Below, in pieces: positions 47,374 through 47,504 of a stretch of DNA of 47,504 nucleotides (position 1 is its first letter; the number at the start of each line of letters is the position of its first letter). Location of the stretch: positions 1 to 47,504 of the forward strand of contig JAPLKR010000116.1 in the NCBI GenBank assembly GCA_026387965.1, given 5' to 3'. Both the position numbers and the translations under genes were made by a program. The stretch comes from Fusobacteriota bacterium (GTDB lineage Bacteria > Fusobacteriota > Fusobacteriia > JAPLKR01). The notes beneath the pieces are model-generated. The model had not been told where the DNA came from. It made no database searches and saw only the letters and a list, made by a program, of their open reading frames with translations.

Positions 47374-47504
47374 TTGACGGTTAAAAAAAAGTATGGTATG
47401 ATAACTCTTGTCCCTTGTAAAAAGGACAAGCACATTGGGAAAAGAATAGAGAAACAACCAAATCGTTTTAAAACGTGTAATGCGTTTTAAAATAGCAGAC
47501 GAAT
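47374..47504 (+). promoter_or_regulatory. Strong promoter and leader, probably of an rRNA operon beyond the window
   Basis: TTGACG-17 bp-TATGAT with TGn and T/A-rich UP element; CTTGTCC...GGACAAG hairpin; boxA-like CACATTGGGAAA; no RBS-led ORF seen. Confidence 0.55.

Noticed and set aside
3423-47435. All minus-strand ORFs in the track
   Set aside because: Short, mostly antisense to well-supported genes or inside repeats, with no recognisable motifs
1-47504. CRISPR array
   Set aside because: No run of identical repeats with regular unique spacers and no cas genes

Overview
An AT-rich, all plus-strand 47.5-kb segment of a diderm bacterium, tentatively Fusobacteriota-like from the 5S rRNA, RmlB and GNAT sequences. 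It opens with the tail of an rRNA operon (5S, tRNA-Leu, tRNA-fMet, tRNA-Met) and ends at what looks like the promoter of another stable-RNA operon, preceded by a cluster of DnaA boxes. Between them lie a 5'-nucleotidase pseudogene, truA, a frameshifted GNAT and a ~37-kb surface-glycan locus. That locus holds six GT9 glycosyltransferases, an LPS kinase, two polysaccharide deacetylases, an O-antigen ligase, a GT2/DUF2304/DUF2142 side-chain module, Wzm/Wzt, a methyltransferase, three RgpF-like proteins, a WsaF-like protein, an MsbA-like exporter and rmlC/D/B. Downstream are a degenerate GH13 protein and three tandem type IV pilins. The least explained signal is non-coding. Intergenic regions are mosaics of at least three repeat families: a TATAG-ended MITE with dRS3-like palindromes (one copy disrupts a gene, one is nested in another repeat), an inverted-repeat element whose right end sits 79-84 bp upstream of five unrelated start codons, and direct repeats bracketing toxin-antitoxin-type genes and a glycan module like cassettes. 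No transposase or integrase is present. Alignments were made by eye and family names come from motif recognition, not database searches.
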